DNA of 64,000 nucleotides from a virus. The translations under genes were made by a program, and so were the position numbers. Shown here one piece after another: positions 51,045 through 60,444 of the stretch. Below the pieces are notes generated by a model. That model was not told the origin of the DNA and did no database searches. It saw only the letters and a program-made list of their open reading frames with translations. The stretch covers positions 1,650-65,649 of the IMG/VR virus record IMGVR_UViG_3300028024_000007. One strand, given 5' to 3'. Position 1 is the stretch's first letter. Each line of letters starts with the position of its first letter.

Positions 51045-53381
51045 ATGGCGTTCGAGAACTGCAGAATCCAGAGCACCAGGAACGGTTCCGGCCTGACGGT
51101 CGGCTACCGCGAGGACCTGGAGCAGGCCGACGTCCTGGCGCTGTCCCTGACGAGCACGGTCGGCGTGAGCTCGGTCCGGTGGGAGATCGCCGGGAGGCCG
51201 GAGTTCTCGGTCGCCGGCGGCACCGGGTCCAACCCGTGGCCCCTGGCGTCCGCGCTCACCGCCTCGTTCACCGTCGACCTGGACAACGGCGGCGTCCACC
51301 GGGACGGGACGTACACCGTCTGGGCGACCATCAACCCCGGGTCCCCCGGTGAGACTCGGAAGACGTGCATCTTCCGCCGCTTGACCGGCCTGACGATCCC
51401 CGCTCCCGGTGGCCAGACGGTCCCCCTGGCGAAGCTCGGACCCTTCGAGTCGCTCGAGGACACGTCGGTGCACAACCTCCTGGCCGGCTGGGCGACGATG
51501 CTCAACCGCTGGCTCGAGCTGCTGCGCGGAGGAGGAGGCGGAGGAGGAGGCGGCGTCGCATCAGTCAGCGCCGGCACGGGCATCTCGATCACGGGGACCG
51601 CGACGAACCCGATCGTCAACAACACCGGCGTCCTCCTGGTCACGGCAGGCACTGGCATCTCCGTCACCGGGACCGTAGCCGTCCCGATCGTGAACAACAC
51701 GGGCGTCCTGTCGGTCGCTGCCGGGACGAACGTCACCGTCACGGGCACGGCCCAGAACCCGATCATCAATGCCTCCGCCGGCGGCGTCCTCACCGTCACG
51801 GCCGGTCCCGGCATCAGCATCACGGGGTCGGGCGCCAACCCCATCGTCAACAACACCGGGGTCCTGTCGATCACGGCCGGGGTCAACATCTCCCTGGGTG
51901 GTACGGCGCAGAACCCGATCATCAACGCCGCCGGGGGCGGGGGCGGGGGCGCCAACCCGACGCTGTTCCGGCGCTCGAACATCGCCGGCATGATCGGGAT
52001 CGACGCCTCCGTGTTCCTGACCTCCGACGCGCACATCTGCGAGGTCCTCACCGTCGGCGACTACTACAAGTACGTCCCCGGGACCACGCTGACCCCTGAT
52101 GGGATCACGGTGATCAACAACACCGGCGGCGGCGGCGGCCAGTGGCAGCGGCTCCTGATCCCCAACCTGGCCTGGCGCGCGCAGGCCACCTGGTCCATCG
52201 ACGAGGGGAACATCAGCACCCTGGCGAGCGACGAGAACACCGGCGTCGACGACACGCACCCCCTGCGCACCGGCGCGGAGTTCGCGCGGCGCATGGGACG
52301 CTGCGTGCTACCGCAGGTCACGACGATCCGCTGGATGAGCGACACCACGCACTACTCGCTGGACCTGTCCGGCATCAACGCTGGCGCGCAGTCCGCGGCG
52401 GGCACGCTCACGGCGGCCTTCCCGCTGGTCATCGTCGGCGTGACGACGCTCGTCCGCGCGGGCACCTTCAGCGCGGTGTCTCAGGTCGGACCGTGGGAGC
52501 TGGTCGACTCCTCACTGGGGACGTCGTGGGCCGCGTCCGCGTGCCTCTCCACGTCGGCGTCGTCCAGGTTCATCCGCACGCCGGACGGGGCGAAGCACGC
52601 CTTCATGGGGTACGAGCCACTCGCCAAGACGGTGGACACGTCCCCCACGACCGGGTACTCGAACACCTACGCCTTCGGGTCTGACGGCACGCCCGTGGCC
52701 ACGTTCGTCATCGAGGACTCGTACGAGGTGATCAACGTGCCGAAGTTCCCGCGCGTCAAGCCGCCGCAGTCCATCCCCGACTCCCACGGGACGGACATCG
52801 CGGGCTGCTACTTCATCTACCTCGACATGCAGGACGTCTTTGGCGGCTCGAACGAGTACCGGATGTGCGGCTGGCGCGCGGCCTCCGCGCTGAGCTGCGA
52901 GGTGCGCGGCGGCAAGCACGTCCTGCGCGGCTGCGGGTTCACGTTCGGCGGCACCGTGCAGGGGTCACAGGCGTGCTCCCTGAACAGGTCGATCGTCCTG
53001 GGAGACTTCCAGTTCGTGGACTGGGCTGGCGACTCGAGCGGCCAGGCCAACGTCGTCGCGAACAACGGCACCGTGTCGGTGACCCATGGCAGCAGGGGGC
53101 GCCTGGGCGTCGTGCACGCGTACGACTGCGCGTTCGTCCCCCTCACGGTCAGCAGCAGGTCGAACCCTGTCCTAGACGAGGTGCGCGGGTCTGGAAACTT
53201 TGACCTGATCATCAACGTCCAGGACACGGACTGCTCCGTGTCCTGCCCGCAGTCGGCCGCGTTCTTCCACGCGACGACGGCCGCCGCGCACCCGATCAAG
53301 ATCGTCGGCAAGACGTTCGACTACGCCGACCTCCCGGTCGTCCGCCTCTCGAAGAACGCCTCCATCACGGTGACCACCTGA
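51045..53381 (+). CDS. Tail fibre / receptor-binding protein 1 (modules A-R5-B-C1)
   Basis: Poly-Gly hinge, five 25-27 aa repeats, shared B module, and a beta-helix-like C-terminus. Confidence 0.75.
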   Translation: MAFENCRIQSTRNGSGLTVGYREDLEQADVLALSLTSTVGVSSVRWEIAGRPEFSVAGGTGSNPWPLASALTASFTVDLDNGGVHRDGTYTVWATINPGSPGETRKTCIFRRLTGLTIPAPGGQTVPLAKLGPFESLEDTSVHNLLAGWATMLNRWLELLRGGGGGGGGGVASVSAGTGISITGTATNPIVNNTGVLLVTAGTGISVTGTVAVPIVNNTGVLSVAAGTNVTVTGTAQNPIINASAGGVLTVTAGPGISITGSGANPIVNNTGVLSITAGVNISLGGTAQNPIINAAGGGGGGANPTLFRRSNIAGMIGIDASVFLTSDAHICEVLTVGDYYKYVPGTTLTPDGITVINNTGGGGGQWQRLLIPNLAWRAQATWSIDEGNISTLASDENTGVDDTHPLRTGAEFARRMGRCVLPQVTTIRWMSDTTHYSLDLSGINAGAQSAAGTLTAAFPLVIVGVTTLVRAGTFSAVSQVGPWELVDSSLGTSWAASACLSTSASSRFIRTPDGAKHAFMGYEPLAKTVDTSPTTGYSNTYAFGSDGTPVATFVIEDSYEVINVPKFPRVKPPQSIPDSHGTDIAGCYFIYLDMQDVFGGSNEYRMCGWRAASALSCEVRGGKHVLRGCGFTFGGTVQGSQACSLNRSIVLGDFQFVDWAGDSSGQANVVANNGTVSVTHGSRGRLGVVHAYDCAFVPLTVSSRSNPVLDEVRGSGNFDLIINVQDTDCSVSCPQSAAFFHATTAAAHPIKIVGKTFDYADLPVVRLSKNASITVTT
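51552..51935 (+). repeat. Five coding tandem repeats, consensus GVLSITAGTGISVTGTxxNPIVNNT
   Basis: Read directly from the translation. Confidence 0.9.
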
Positions 53382-53382
53382 C

Positions 53383-55512
53383 ATGGGCTACGTAACCTCA
53401 GACGGCGAGAAGCTCCGCGGTGAGGCTGTCACGGCCGCCGCGACGGACAAGTTCCACTTCCCCCTCTACGACCAGTCGCTCCGGGGCGCGGACATCACCT
53501 CGGCCGCCGGCGGCGTGATCGGTGGCGCCGGCGCCGAGGAGTACTTCCACGTCAACGTAGCCACGACGACGATCACCTACTACGACACGACGTTCCTGCT
53601 CGACGGGAAGGAGATCGTCCTCTACTTCGTTGGCAACCAGACCCTGGTGCACAACGGGTCATCTCCGCCCGGTGGCACCGTCTTGTTTGATCTGTCCGCC
53701 GGGGTCAGCGCCAGCGTGCTCAACGGGCAGACGCTCATCCTCCGGTACGACGCCACCCTGGCGCGGATGGTCCAGATCGGAGGAACCGTCGGGTCGTCTG
53801 GCGGCGCCCCCGGGGTCCTGTCTATCAGCGCCGGGCCAGGCATATCGATCACGGGGACGGGGACCGTCCCCGTCGTGAACAACACCGGAGTCCTGTCGAT
53901 CACGGCTGGCGCCGGCATCAGCGTCACGGGGACGGGCGCCAACCCCGTGGTGACGAACACGGGCGTCCTGTCGATCACGGCTGGCACGAACGTCTCCCTG
54001 GGCGGGACGGCCCAGAACCCGATCATCAACGCGGCGACGGGCGGCGGCCCGGTCACCCCCGTGCTGTACCGCCGCCCCAACATCGCCGGGATGGTGGGCA
54101 TCGACGCCAGCGCCTTCTTGACCTCCGACGCGCACATCTGCGAGGTGCTCTCCGTCGGTGACTTCTACCGCTACACGCCCTCCACGACGATCCCCCAGAC
54201 GGACGGGATCAACGCCGTGCTCAACACCGGCGGCGGCGGCGGCCAGTGGGTCCGGATGAACATCCCGAACCTGATCTTCCAGCAAGCCACGTACTGGGCG
54301 ATCGACCCCAGCAACTCGACGGGCGTGGCCAGCGACGAGAACGACGGCTGGGGCACGTCGCAGGCCGCAGCCGACGCAGTCCCGCTGCTGACGCGCGCGG
54401 AGCTGAACCGGCGCCTGGTGGGCGTGGACGCGCCGACCACGCGCATCTTCCACCTCCTGTCGAGCGAGACGACCCTGTCCGGATCCGACGTCCTGACGAA
54501 CCTCAAGAGTGGTCACGGGCAGGGATTCCCGATCTTCATCGGGAAGAAGACCCAGGTCGGGAGCGACTACACGGTGACCGCGTACGCCGCCGCGGTCCCG
54601 GCCAGCAACACCGGCTTTCTCCTGTCGGCCACCGGTCTCGGCGCCGGCGGCAACGTCGGGAAGCTAGTCACCAACGCCGCGGAGACGAAGTGGGCGTTCA
54701 TCAAGTCGAGCTTGGGCGCGAACCAGGTGCGCATCCAGCAGCCAGACGCCTGGGACACGATCTCCCAGTCGGGATCTTTCTCGGCCCCATTCTCGGTCGG
54801 CGAGACTGTGCGCGTGTGGAACCTGCCCGTCCTGCGTAATTTTCCCTTCTCGCATCAGGTCATGTCCGCGGCGATCGAGACGTGCGAGATCCAAGGTCGC
54901 AACTCCAACGTAGGAGACCTGGGGATCGCCGAGTTCGGCAACGACCTGTTCGTCGCGCACTCGATCATAAATGGCGTTACGATCGCGAAGAATGGTGGGT
55001 TCGGCGGCGCGATCATCGGGAGCCTCTTCTCGAAGAACTTCAGCTCCTTCAGCGGTGACGGGCAGACGACTCTCGTCGGCGTAGGCGTCCTCGGACTCAG
55101 CGTCGTGTTCACTGGCGGGACGATCCTCGCGACTCAGGCGCCACTAGACCTGGAGAACTCCAGCCTGCAGTTCCAGCACGACGCCTACATATCCGTAGAC
55201 GGATCGGGAGCGGTCTCAGCCTTTAACGTCCCGAACACGGTGTCGGGTGGGCACATGATCTCTTGCTCGCGGTGTGCTCGATTCATCGCCACCGTAGGAG
55301 CGACTCCGTTCTACGGATCCGGAAACTCCGCGAAGATACTCCAGGGGTCGCTCGGAACGGTGTCTCAGTTACCACCTGCCACGACGACCGTCGCGACCAG
55401 TGACGCCTCTCCGATCACACTGGCGGGCGCCACGTACACGGTCTCCCAGATCCCGATCATGGACCTGTCGACGCTGTCCGGGATCGGCCTCGGGGCAGGA
55501 ATAGGAGGCTGA
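53383..55512 (+). CDS. Tail fibre / receptor-binding protein 2 (modules D-R3-B-C2)
   Basis: Shares D with 55514 and B with 51045; distinct C-terminus. Confidence 0.75.
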   Translation: MGYVTSDGEKLRGEAVTAAATDKFHFPLYDQSLRGADITSAAGGVIGGAGAEEYFHVNVATTTITYYDTTFLLDGKEIVLYFVGNQTLVHNGSSPPGGTVLFDLSAGVSASVLNGQTLILRYDATLARMVQIGGTVGSSGGAPGVLSISAGPGISITGTGTVPVVNNTGVLSITAGAGISVTGTGANPVVTNTGVLSITAGTNVSLGGTAQNPIINAATGGGPVTPVLYRRPNIAGMVGIDASAFLTSDAHICEVLSVGDFYRYTPSTTIPQTDGINAVLNTGGGGGQWVRMNIPNLIFQQATYWAIDPSNSTGVASDENDGWGTSQAAADAVPLLTRAELNRRLVGVDAPTTRIFHLLSSETTLSGSDVLTNLKSGHGQGFPIFIGKKTQVGSDYTVTAYAAAVPASNTGFLLSATGLGAGGNVGKLVTNAAETKWAFIKSSLGANQVRIQQPDAWDTISQSGSFSAPFSVGETVRVWNLPVLRNFPFSHQVMSAAIETCEIQGRNSNVGDLGIAEFGNDLFVAHSIINGVTIAKNGGFGGAIIGSLFSKNFSSFSGDGQTTLVGVGVLGLSVVFTGGTILATQAPLDLENSSLQFQHDAYISVDGSGAVSAFNVPNTVSGGHMISCSRCARFIATVGATPFYGSGNSAKILQGSLGTVSQLPPATTTVATSDASPITLAGATYTVSQIPIMDLSTLSGIGLGAGIGG
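53812..54038 (+). repeat. Three copies of the same coding repeat
   Basis: Translation; 53912-53951 is identical to 56025-56064 (40 bp). Confidence 0.9.
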
Positions 55513-55513
55513 G

Positions 55514-56593
55514 ATGGCCGTCACCATCATCACCCGCGGGGAGAACATCCAGGGAGGCAACGTCTCGGCGGCCAGCCTTCGCAAGGACGACTTCCAGATC
55601 AACGAGCAGCACCTGCACGGCCTCGACATCGCGTCCGGGACCACGCTCGCTCCGGCAGGCCCGCAGGAGTACTTCCACGTCACCGGGACCAGCACGACCA
55701 GCTTCTACAACAACGCATTCCTGCTGGACGGCCAGCAGGTCGTCCTCTACTTCGTCTCCGCGCTGACGCTGAACCACAACGCCGGCGGCGGCGGTGTCAG
55801 CCAGGCTGCATTCGTCCTGTCGTCCGGGGCGAACGCATCGGTAGCCGCTGGGCAGTCAGCCACCTTCCGGTTCGAGAACGCCACCAACAAGATGGTCCAG
55901 GTCGGTGGCGTCCTGGGCAGTTCCAGCGGCGTCGTGTCCGTCGGCGCGGGCACGGGCATCTCCGTCACGGCAGGGTCCAACCCGATCGTCAGCAACACCG
56001 GCGTCCTGGCCGTGACCCACGGGACCGGCATCAGCGTCACGGGGACGGGCGCCAACCCCGTGGTCAACAACACCGGGGTCCTGTCGGTCATCAGCGGGAC
56101 CGGCATCAGCAGTTCCGGCGGGCAGAACCCCGTCATCACGAACACCGGCATCATCGGCCTAGTCCCTACCGCCGGGGTGGACTCCACGGGTGGGCAGAAC
56201 CCGATCATCTCGGCCCACATAAAGGGGCTGCTGCAGCTCGGCGGGCTGATCCCGAGCATGGGGTCAACGACGATCTGGTTCTACGGGGGGAACTTCGCGT
56301 CCCCCACGCGCTTCGAGTTCCCGATCGAGTCGTTCATGGCGAACGGCGCCACCACGTGCTTCCTCCGCGGGTACGTTGCCGACTTCGTGGGCCCCGACGC
56401 GGTGGTCATCCTCACCGTCAACGGGGCCGTCGTGTCCGGCTCCGCCCACGGCATCGGCGTCAGCAGCATCGGAGGGGCGATCGCCCTCGGGCCGCTGACC
56501 ATCCCGGCCGGGGTCAATCGCGGCATGGGCCTCGCCATAATCCCGATCAGCTCCAGCGGCTGCGCCTACGCCGCCACGGTCGAATTCAACTAA
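55514..56593 (+). CDS. Tail fibre protein 3 (modules D-R4-E)
   Basis: D module EYFHV...FLLDG..VLYFV, repeats, and a short beta-sandwich tip. Confidence 0.75.
   Translation: MAVTIITRGENIQGGNVSAASLRKDDFQINEQHLHGLDIASGTTLAPAGPQEYFHVTGTSTTSFYNNAFLLDGQQVVLYFVSALTLNHNAGGGGVSQAAFVLSSGANASVAAGQSATFRFENATNKMVQVGGVLGSSSGVVSVGAGTGISVTAGSNPIVSNTGVLAVTHGTGISVTGTGANPVVNNTGVLSVISGTGISSSGGQNPVITNTGIIGLVPTAGVDSTGGQNPIISAHIKGLLQLGGLIPSMGSTTIWFYGGNFASPTRFEFPIESFMANGATTCFLRGYVADFVGPDAVVILTVNGAVVSGSAHGIGVSSIGGAIALGPLTIPAGVNRGMGLAIIPISSSGCAYAATVEFN
55928..56215 (+). repeat. Four copies of the same coding repeat (last one degenerate)
   Basis: Read directly from the translation. Confidence 0.85.
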
Positions 56594-56602
56594 GCTACCC
56601 CC

Positions 56603-57304
56603 GTGATCGTGGTTCTCACGGACCCCCGGCGCGGCGAGCACCTGGCTGCCACGCTGGCCTCGGTCGACTCGTCGGCGACCTCGGAGCTCCGCGTGGTCCT
56701 GGTCGACGGCGCATCCAACTCCGTGACCGTCAGGCCGGGGTGGGTCGTGGTCGGCGCGCCGAAGCCGCCGGGGAGGCCGCGCACGGAGAACCGGTGGTCG
56801 ACGTGGGCCGCCTTCGAAGCGGCGGTCGCGGCCGGCGAGGACCTGCTGTTCTTCGAGGACGACGTGGTCGGGTGCCCGAACGCGGTCCGCTACGCGGAGG
56901 AGCTGCCCGTCCCGAGGGACTGCGCGTGGCTCTCCCTGTACGCGCCCTGGGGGGACATCTCGTTCCCGCACGGGATCTGGCGGCGCCCCGCCGCGCAGTT
57001 CGTGTTCTGCCAGGCCCTCAAGGTCCCCCTGGCCACCTGCCGGGAGTTGGCCGGCGCCCGCGCCGAGATGGAGGCCCACGCGCTGGGAGGTTCCGACGAG
57101 TGCATGGCGGCGGTCGGCGGGCGCCGCGACTGGCTGGTCGGGTACCACTACCCGGGTCTGTTCCAGCACGTCGGGCACGCGTCCCTGGTGAGCGCGGACC
57201 GGACGCTGATGGGGCCGCGCAGCTCCCGGGCGTGGCTCTGCGACGTGGACGCGATGCGCCTCCGGCGGCAGCCCGGGTCCGCGCTCCCGGACCACTTCCG
57301 GTGA
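56603..57304 (+). CDS. GT-A fold glycosyltransferase-like protein
   Basis: LLFFEDDV acidic motif and C-terminal LFQHVG..SLV. Confidence 0.65.
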   Translation: MIVVLTDPRRGEHLAATLASVDSSATSELRVVLVDGASNSVTVRPGWVVVGAPKPPGRPRTENRWSTWAAFEAAVAAGEDLLFFEDDVVGCPNAVRYAEELPVPRDCAWLSLYAPWGDISFPHGIWRRPAAQFVFCQALKVPLATCRELAGARAEMEAHALGGSDECMAAVGGRRDWLVGYHYPGLFQHVGHASLVSADRTLMGPRSSRAWLCDVDAMRLRRQPGSALPDHFR

Positions 57305-58302
57305 GGCGCTTCTGCGCCAACCCGTTCGAGCACCTGGAGGTCATGCCGGACGGGACGGCCTACGCCTGCTGCCCCGGGTGGCAACCGCGCCCGATCGGCA
57401 ACGTGGTGGACGAGGGACCGCGCGCCGTGTGGGAGGGCCTCTACGCGCGGGACGTGCGCATCTCGGTCCTGGACGGATCGTTCCGGCGCTGCAAGGCGTG
57501 CCCGTTCCTGGCGACCTCGACCGGGCCCGTGCAGCAGGTGGCCGAGGACGCGGACCTGTCCGCCTACCCCCTGGTCCCCCCCGGACCGCGCTACCTGAAC
57601 CTGGCGGTGGACCTGGCCTGCAACCTGGCCTGCCCCAGCTGCCGGGTGGCGCCCCACCGGTCCAGTCCTGCCGACCGGGACCGCGTGCGGCGGGTCCAGG
57701 CAGCCGCCCTGTCGGAGGGGATCCTGGAGGGGCTGGACTGGCTGTCCGTCAGCGGCAGCGGCGACCCGTTCGCCAGCGCCCCCCACCTGGAGCTGCTCCG
57801 TACGCTCTCCCCCGCGCGCTTGCCGGGCCTGAAGCTCCGCCTGCACACCAACGGCCTGCTGCTGGACGAGACCGCCTGGGCGGGCCTGGGAGAGGCCAGG
57901 GAGATGGTCCGGGCCATCGAGGTGTCGGTGGACGCCGCAACCCCGGAGACCTACGCGGTGAACCGCGGCGGGGACTGGGGCGTGCTCCAGCGCAACCTGG
58001 CGTTCGTCGCCGGCCTGCGCCGCGGTGGGCCGCTGGAGACGCTGCAGCTGTCGTTCGTGACGCAGGCGAACAACTGGCGCGAGGCGCCCGCGTTCGTGGA
58101 GATGGGCCGCGGGCTCGGCGCCGACGCGGTCCTGTTCACCGCGCTGCGGAACTGGGGGACGTTCCGGGAGGAGGACTTCGCGGCCCGGGCGGTGCACCTC
58201 CCCGAGCACCCGGAGCGGGACGCGATGCGCGCCCTGTTCGCGCGGGAGCCGCTCTCCGCGCCGCCGGCGCTGGTGGGCGGGCTGCTCGACCCGGCCCCGT
58301 GA
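57301..58302 (+). CDS. Radical SAM protein with N-terminal SPASM/twitch-like Cys cluster
   Basis: CANPF..LEVMPDG..YACC...IGNV...C..CP; CNLACPSC (CxxxCxxC); GDPF, HTNGLLL and VSVDAAT.ETY motifs. Confidence 0.85.
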   Translation: MRRFCANPFEHLEVMPDGTAYACCPGWQPRPIGNVVDEGPRAVWEGLYARDVRISVLDGSFRRCKACPFLATSTGPVQQVAEDADLSAYPLVPPGPRYLNLAVDLACNLACPSCRVAPHRSSPADRDRVRRVQAAALSEGILEGLDWLSVSGSGDPFASAPHLELLRTLSPARLPGLKLRLHTNGLLLDETAWAGLGEAREMVRAIEVSVDAATPETYAVNRGGDWGVLQRNLAFVAGLRRGGPLETLQLSFVTQANNWREAPAFVEMGRGLGADAVLFTALRNWGTFREEDFAARAVHLPEHPERDAMRALFAREPLSAPPALVGGLLDPAP

Positions 58303-58315
58303 TATCCTGCCCGGC

Positions 58316-58651
58316 ATGAGGGTGCTCGGGTACCAGCTGAACTGGGGACAAGCCAAGGACGCCGTCGCCACCGGGCACTTCGTCCGCCACGCGCACTGGT
58401 GCGCGAACAAGCCGATCCCCCAGCCCGACTACGTCGGGCCCACGGCGGCCGGCGCCGCCGAGGACGGGAAGATGGCGGTCTACACGGACGACGGGACCAA
58501 GATCCACGCCTGGGAGCCCGGCGCCGACGAGCTCGCCTCCTCCGATTGGCAGGTCGTGGACCTCGAGCGCAAGCCCGGGGAGCCCCGGCTCGTCGTGCCG
58601 GCGACCGAGATGCCCGCGCCGCCGCGCGCCAAGCGCCGCCGCAAGGCTTGA
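58316..58651 (+). CDS. DUF2829-like (Tad2-type) protein
   Basis: LNWGQA..AV..G..VR..HW and WEPGADELASSDWQVV match the DUF2829 pattern. Confidence 0.6.
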   Translation: MRVLGYQLNWGQAKDAVATGHFVRHAHWCANKPIPQPDYVGPTAAGAAEDGKMAVYTDDGTKIHAWEPGADELASSDWQVVDLERKPGEPRLVVPATEMPAPPRAKRRRKA

Positions 58652-58677
58652 CGGCCGCGCGCGGGCGGGAGCACGAT
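58648..58677 (+). promoter_or_regulatory. Putative leaderless promoter
   Basis: TTGACG-N18-CACGAT, with ATG 6 nt later at 58684. Confidence 0.6.
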
Positions 58678-58683
58678 GGGCGA

Positions 58684-59130
58684 ATGAACAGGATCATCGC
58701 CGCCGCCTTCGCCCTCGCGCTCATGTCCGCCACCATGGCCGCACCAGGGTGCGCACTGTTCAAGCCGGTCGTCAGCAACCTCCCGCACGCCGTGGCCTAC
58801 GCGCAGGACGCCGAGCTGATCTTGACCGGCCTCGAGACCTTCGAGAGGGGGTACTTCGTCGTCAGCCCGAACCCGGCGCTGCAGGCCAAGGTCGAGAAGG
58901 GGATCTCCGACGCCCGGGTGGCGCTCGACGCCGGGATCCGGATCTGCGACGGGACGACCGAGCTGACGAACGCTCAGGTCGACCTGGCGTTCGCCGACTT
59001 CAAGTCCGCCTACACCAGCCTGGTGGCCCTCCTCGGCCCCCTCGGCGTGAGGCGCGCGACCCCGGGATCGCCCATGGGCGCCGTCCGCGGCGGCTACGTG
59101 GCCCCGGACCCGCTGATCCTCGGGCGGTGA
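58684..59130 (+). CDS. Lipoprotein (possible spanin component)
   Basis: Signal peptide with lipobox-like APGC; helical mature part. Confidence 0.65.
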   Translation: MNRIIAAAFALALMSATMAAPGCALFKPVVSNLPHAVAYAQDAELILTGLETFERGYFVVSPNPALQAKVEKGISDARVALDAGIRICDGTTELTNAQVDLAFADFKSAYTSLVALLGPLGVRRATPGSPMGAVRGGYVAPDPLILGR

Positions 59131-59480
59131 TGGCAGACGTCGCGCGCGTCCAGGAGGAACAACGGGTCGCTGACGACGTCATGTCGCTGGCGGCCGCGCT
59201 CGGGTTCGCGTGCCCCCCCCTCGCCATCGGCGCCGCCGCGGTCAAGGCGCTGGTGGACGTCGGGTTCGGGATCTTCCTCGGCCGGGCTCGGGAGGCCGCG
59301 GAGGACATGCGGCGCGAGCAGGCGGCCGGCCAGGCGGCGGCGGTGAGCTCGGCGGTGACGGAGGCGTTGGCCCACCAGAAACTGACGTGCGGCGCGGCCC
59401 TGCCGGGGCGTGACGCCAGGGTGTTCCACGGCGCTGACTGCGCCACCTCGGTCGGATGCGGAAGGGAGATCGCAGGATGA
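59130..59480 (+). CDS. Membrane-associated protein
   Basis: Hydrophobic LAAALGFACPPLAIGAAAVKALV segment; TGATG coupling. Confidence 0.55.
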   Translation: MADVARVQEEQRVADDVMSLAAALGFACPPLAIGAAAVKALVDVGFGIFLGRAREAAEDMRREQAAGQAAAVSSAVTEALAHQKLTCGAALPGRDARVFHGADCATSVGCGREIAG

Positions 59481-59650
59481 GCAAAGTCGTCGGCCTGGTC
59501 GGGATGGTGGCGCTCGCGCTGGCGTGCGCGCTCGTCGGAAGCTGCTACAAGGGCGACCCGCCCTGCAACCCCAGCACGGTCGACTGGCCGCGCTGCGACC
59601 CGACCCAGCCGTCCTGGGGGGCCAAGGCCGACGGCGGGGTGCGCGAATGA
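59477..59650 (+). CDS. Small lipoprotein
   Basis: Lipobox LVGSC; Pro/Cys-rich mature part. Confidence 0.6.
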   Translation: MSKVVGLVGMVALALACALVGSCYKGDPPCNPSTVDWPRCDPTQPSWGAKADGGVRE

Positions 59651-60444
59651 GGGCCCTCGGGTACCGCCGCGCCCCCGGCGGGGGTCCGCGCGACCGCGAC
59701 GCCCGCCACCACCTGGGCACGGCGCCCGCGCCGACGACGTCTGACCTGCGCCCGATCTTCGGGCCCGCGGTCGACCAGCTCGCCCTCTCGTCGTGCGTCG
59801 CGAACGCGATCGCCGACTCGGTGCGCGCGGTGCAAGTCCGGCTCGGCGCTGACCCGGGGAGGGCGCAGCTGCTCTCGCGCCTCGCGCTCTACTGGCTAGC
59901 GCGCGCGGAGACCGGCGAGCAGGACGTGGACCAGGGGTCGTTCATCCACCTGGCGTTCCAGGCGCTCAACACGTTCGGGTTCGCGCCCGAGTCCGCGTGG
60001 CCGTACACGGACGCCGGGGAGAAGTGGAAGCAGAAGCCGCCGCTGTTCGCGCTCGAGTCAGCCTTCGACCAGCGCGACGACAAGCGCCCCGAGGTCGACT
60101 ACCGCCGCATCCTGAGCTCGGGCGGCGGCCTGGTGGACGACGTCAAGCGCGCCCTCGGCGGCGGCATGCCGGTGGTGTTCGGCGTCGAAGTCACCGAGGC
60201 GTTCGTCAACGCCGACCTCGGGCCGACCGGAATCGCCCAGGCACCAGGCCCCGGAGACGCGATCGCCGGCGGCCACTGCATGCTGCTCGGCGGCCACACG
60301 CCAGACTACGCCTGGGCCCGGACGAGCTGGGGCGACGGGGTGTTCGATCACGGCTGGTTCAAGATCGCCTGGGACTACCTCGAGGTGTCGGAGGACACGT
60401 GGATGATTGCTTCCTGTCCGCTTTATTCCGAGGGGTCCCTGTGA
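59647..60444 (+). CDS. Papain-like (C1A) cysteine peptidase
   Basis: DLR...VDQLALSSCVANA (Q and C), GGHCML (H), RTSWG and GWF.I.WDY motifs. Confidence 0.85.
   Translation: MRALGYRRAPGGGPRDRDARHHLGTAPAPTTSDLRPIFGPAVDQLALSSCVANAIADSVRAVQVRLGADPGRAQLLSRLALYWLARAETGEQDVDQGSFIHLAFQALNTFGFAPESAWPYTDAGEKWKQKPPLFALESAFDQRDDKRPEVDYRRILSSGGGLVDDVKRALGGGMPVVFGVEVTEAFVNADLGPTGIAQAPGPGDAIAGGHCMLLGGHTPDYAWARTSWGDGVFDHGWFKIAWDYLEVSEDTWMIASCPLYSEGSL

Noticed and set aside
51552-56215. CRISPR array or diversity-generating retroelement suggested by the repeats
   Set aside because: The repeats are in-frame, degenerate at synonymous positions and lack unique spacers. No cas, reverse transcriptase or adenine-specific TR/VR pattern was seen.
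51045-56593. Invertible (Gin/Cin-type) fibre switch
   Set aside because: All fibre modules are on the same strand, and no inverted recombination sites or invertase were found.
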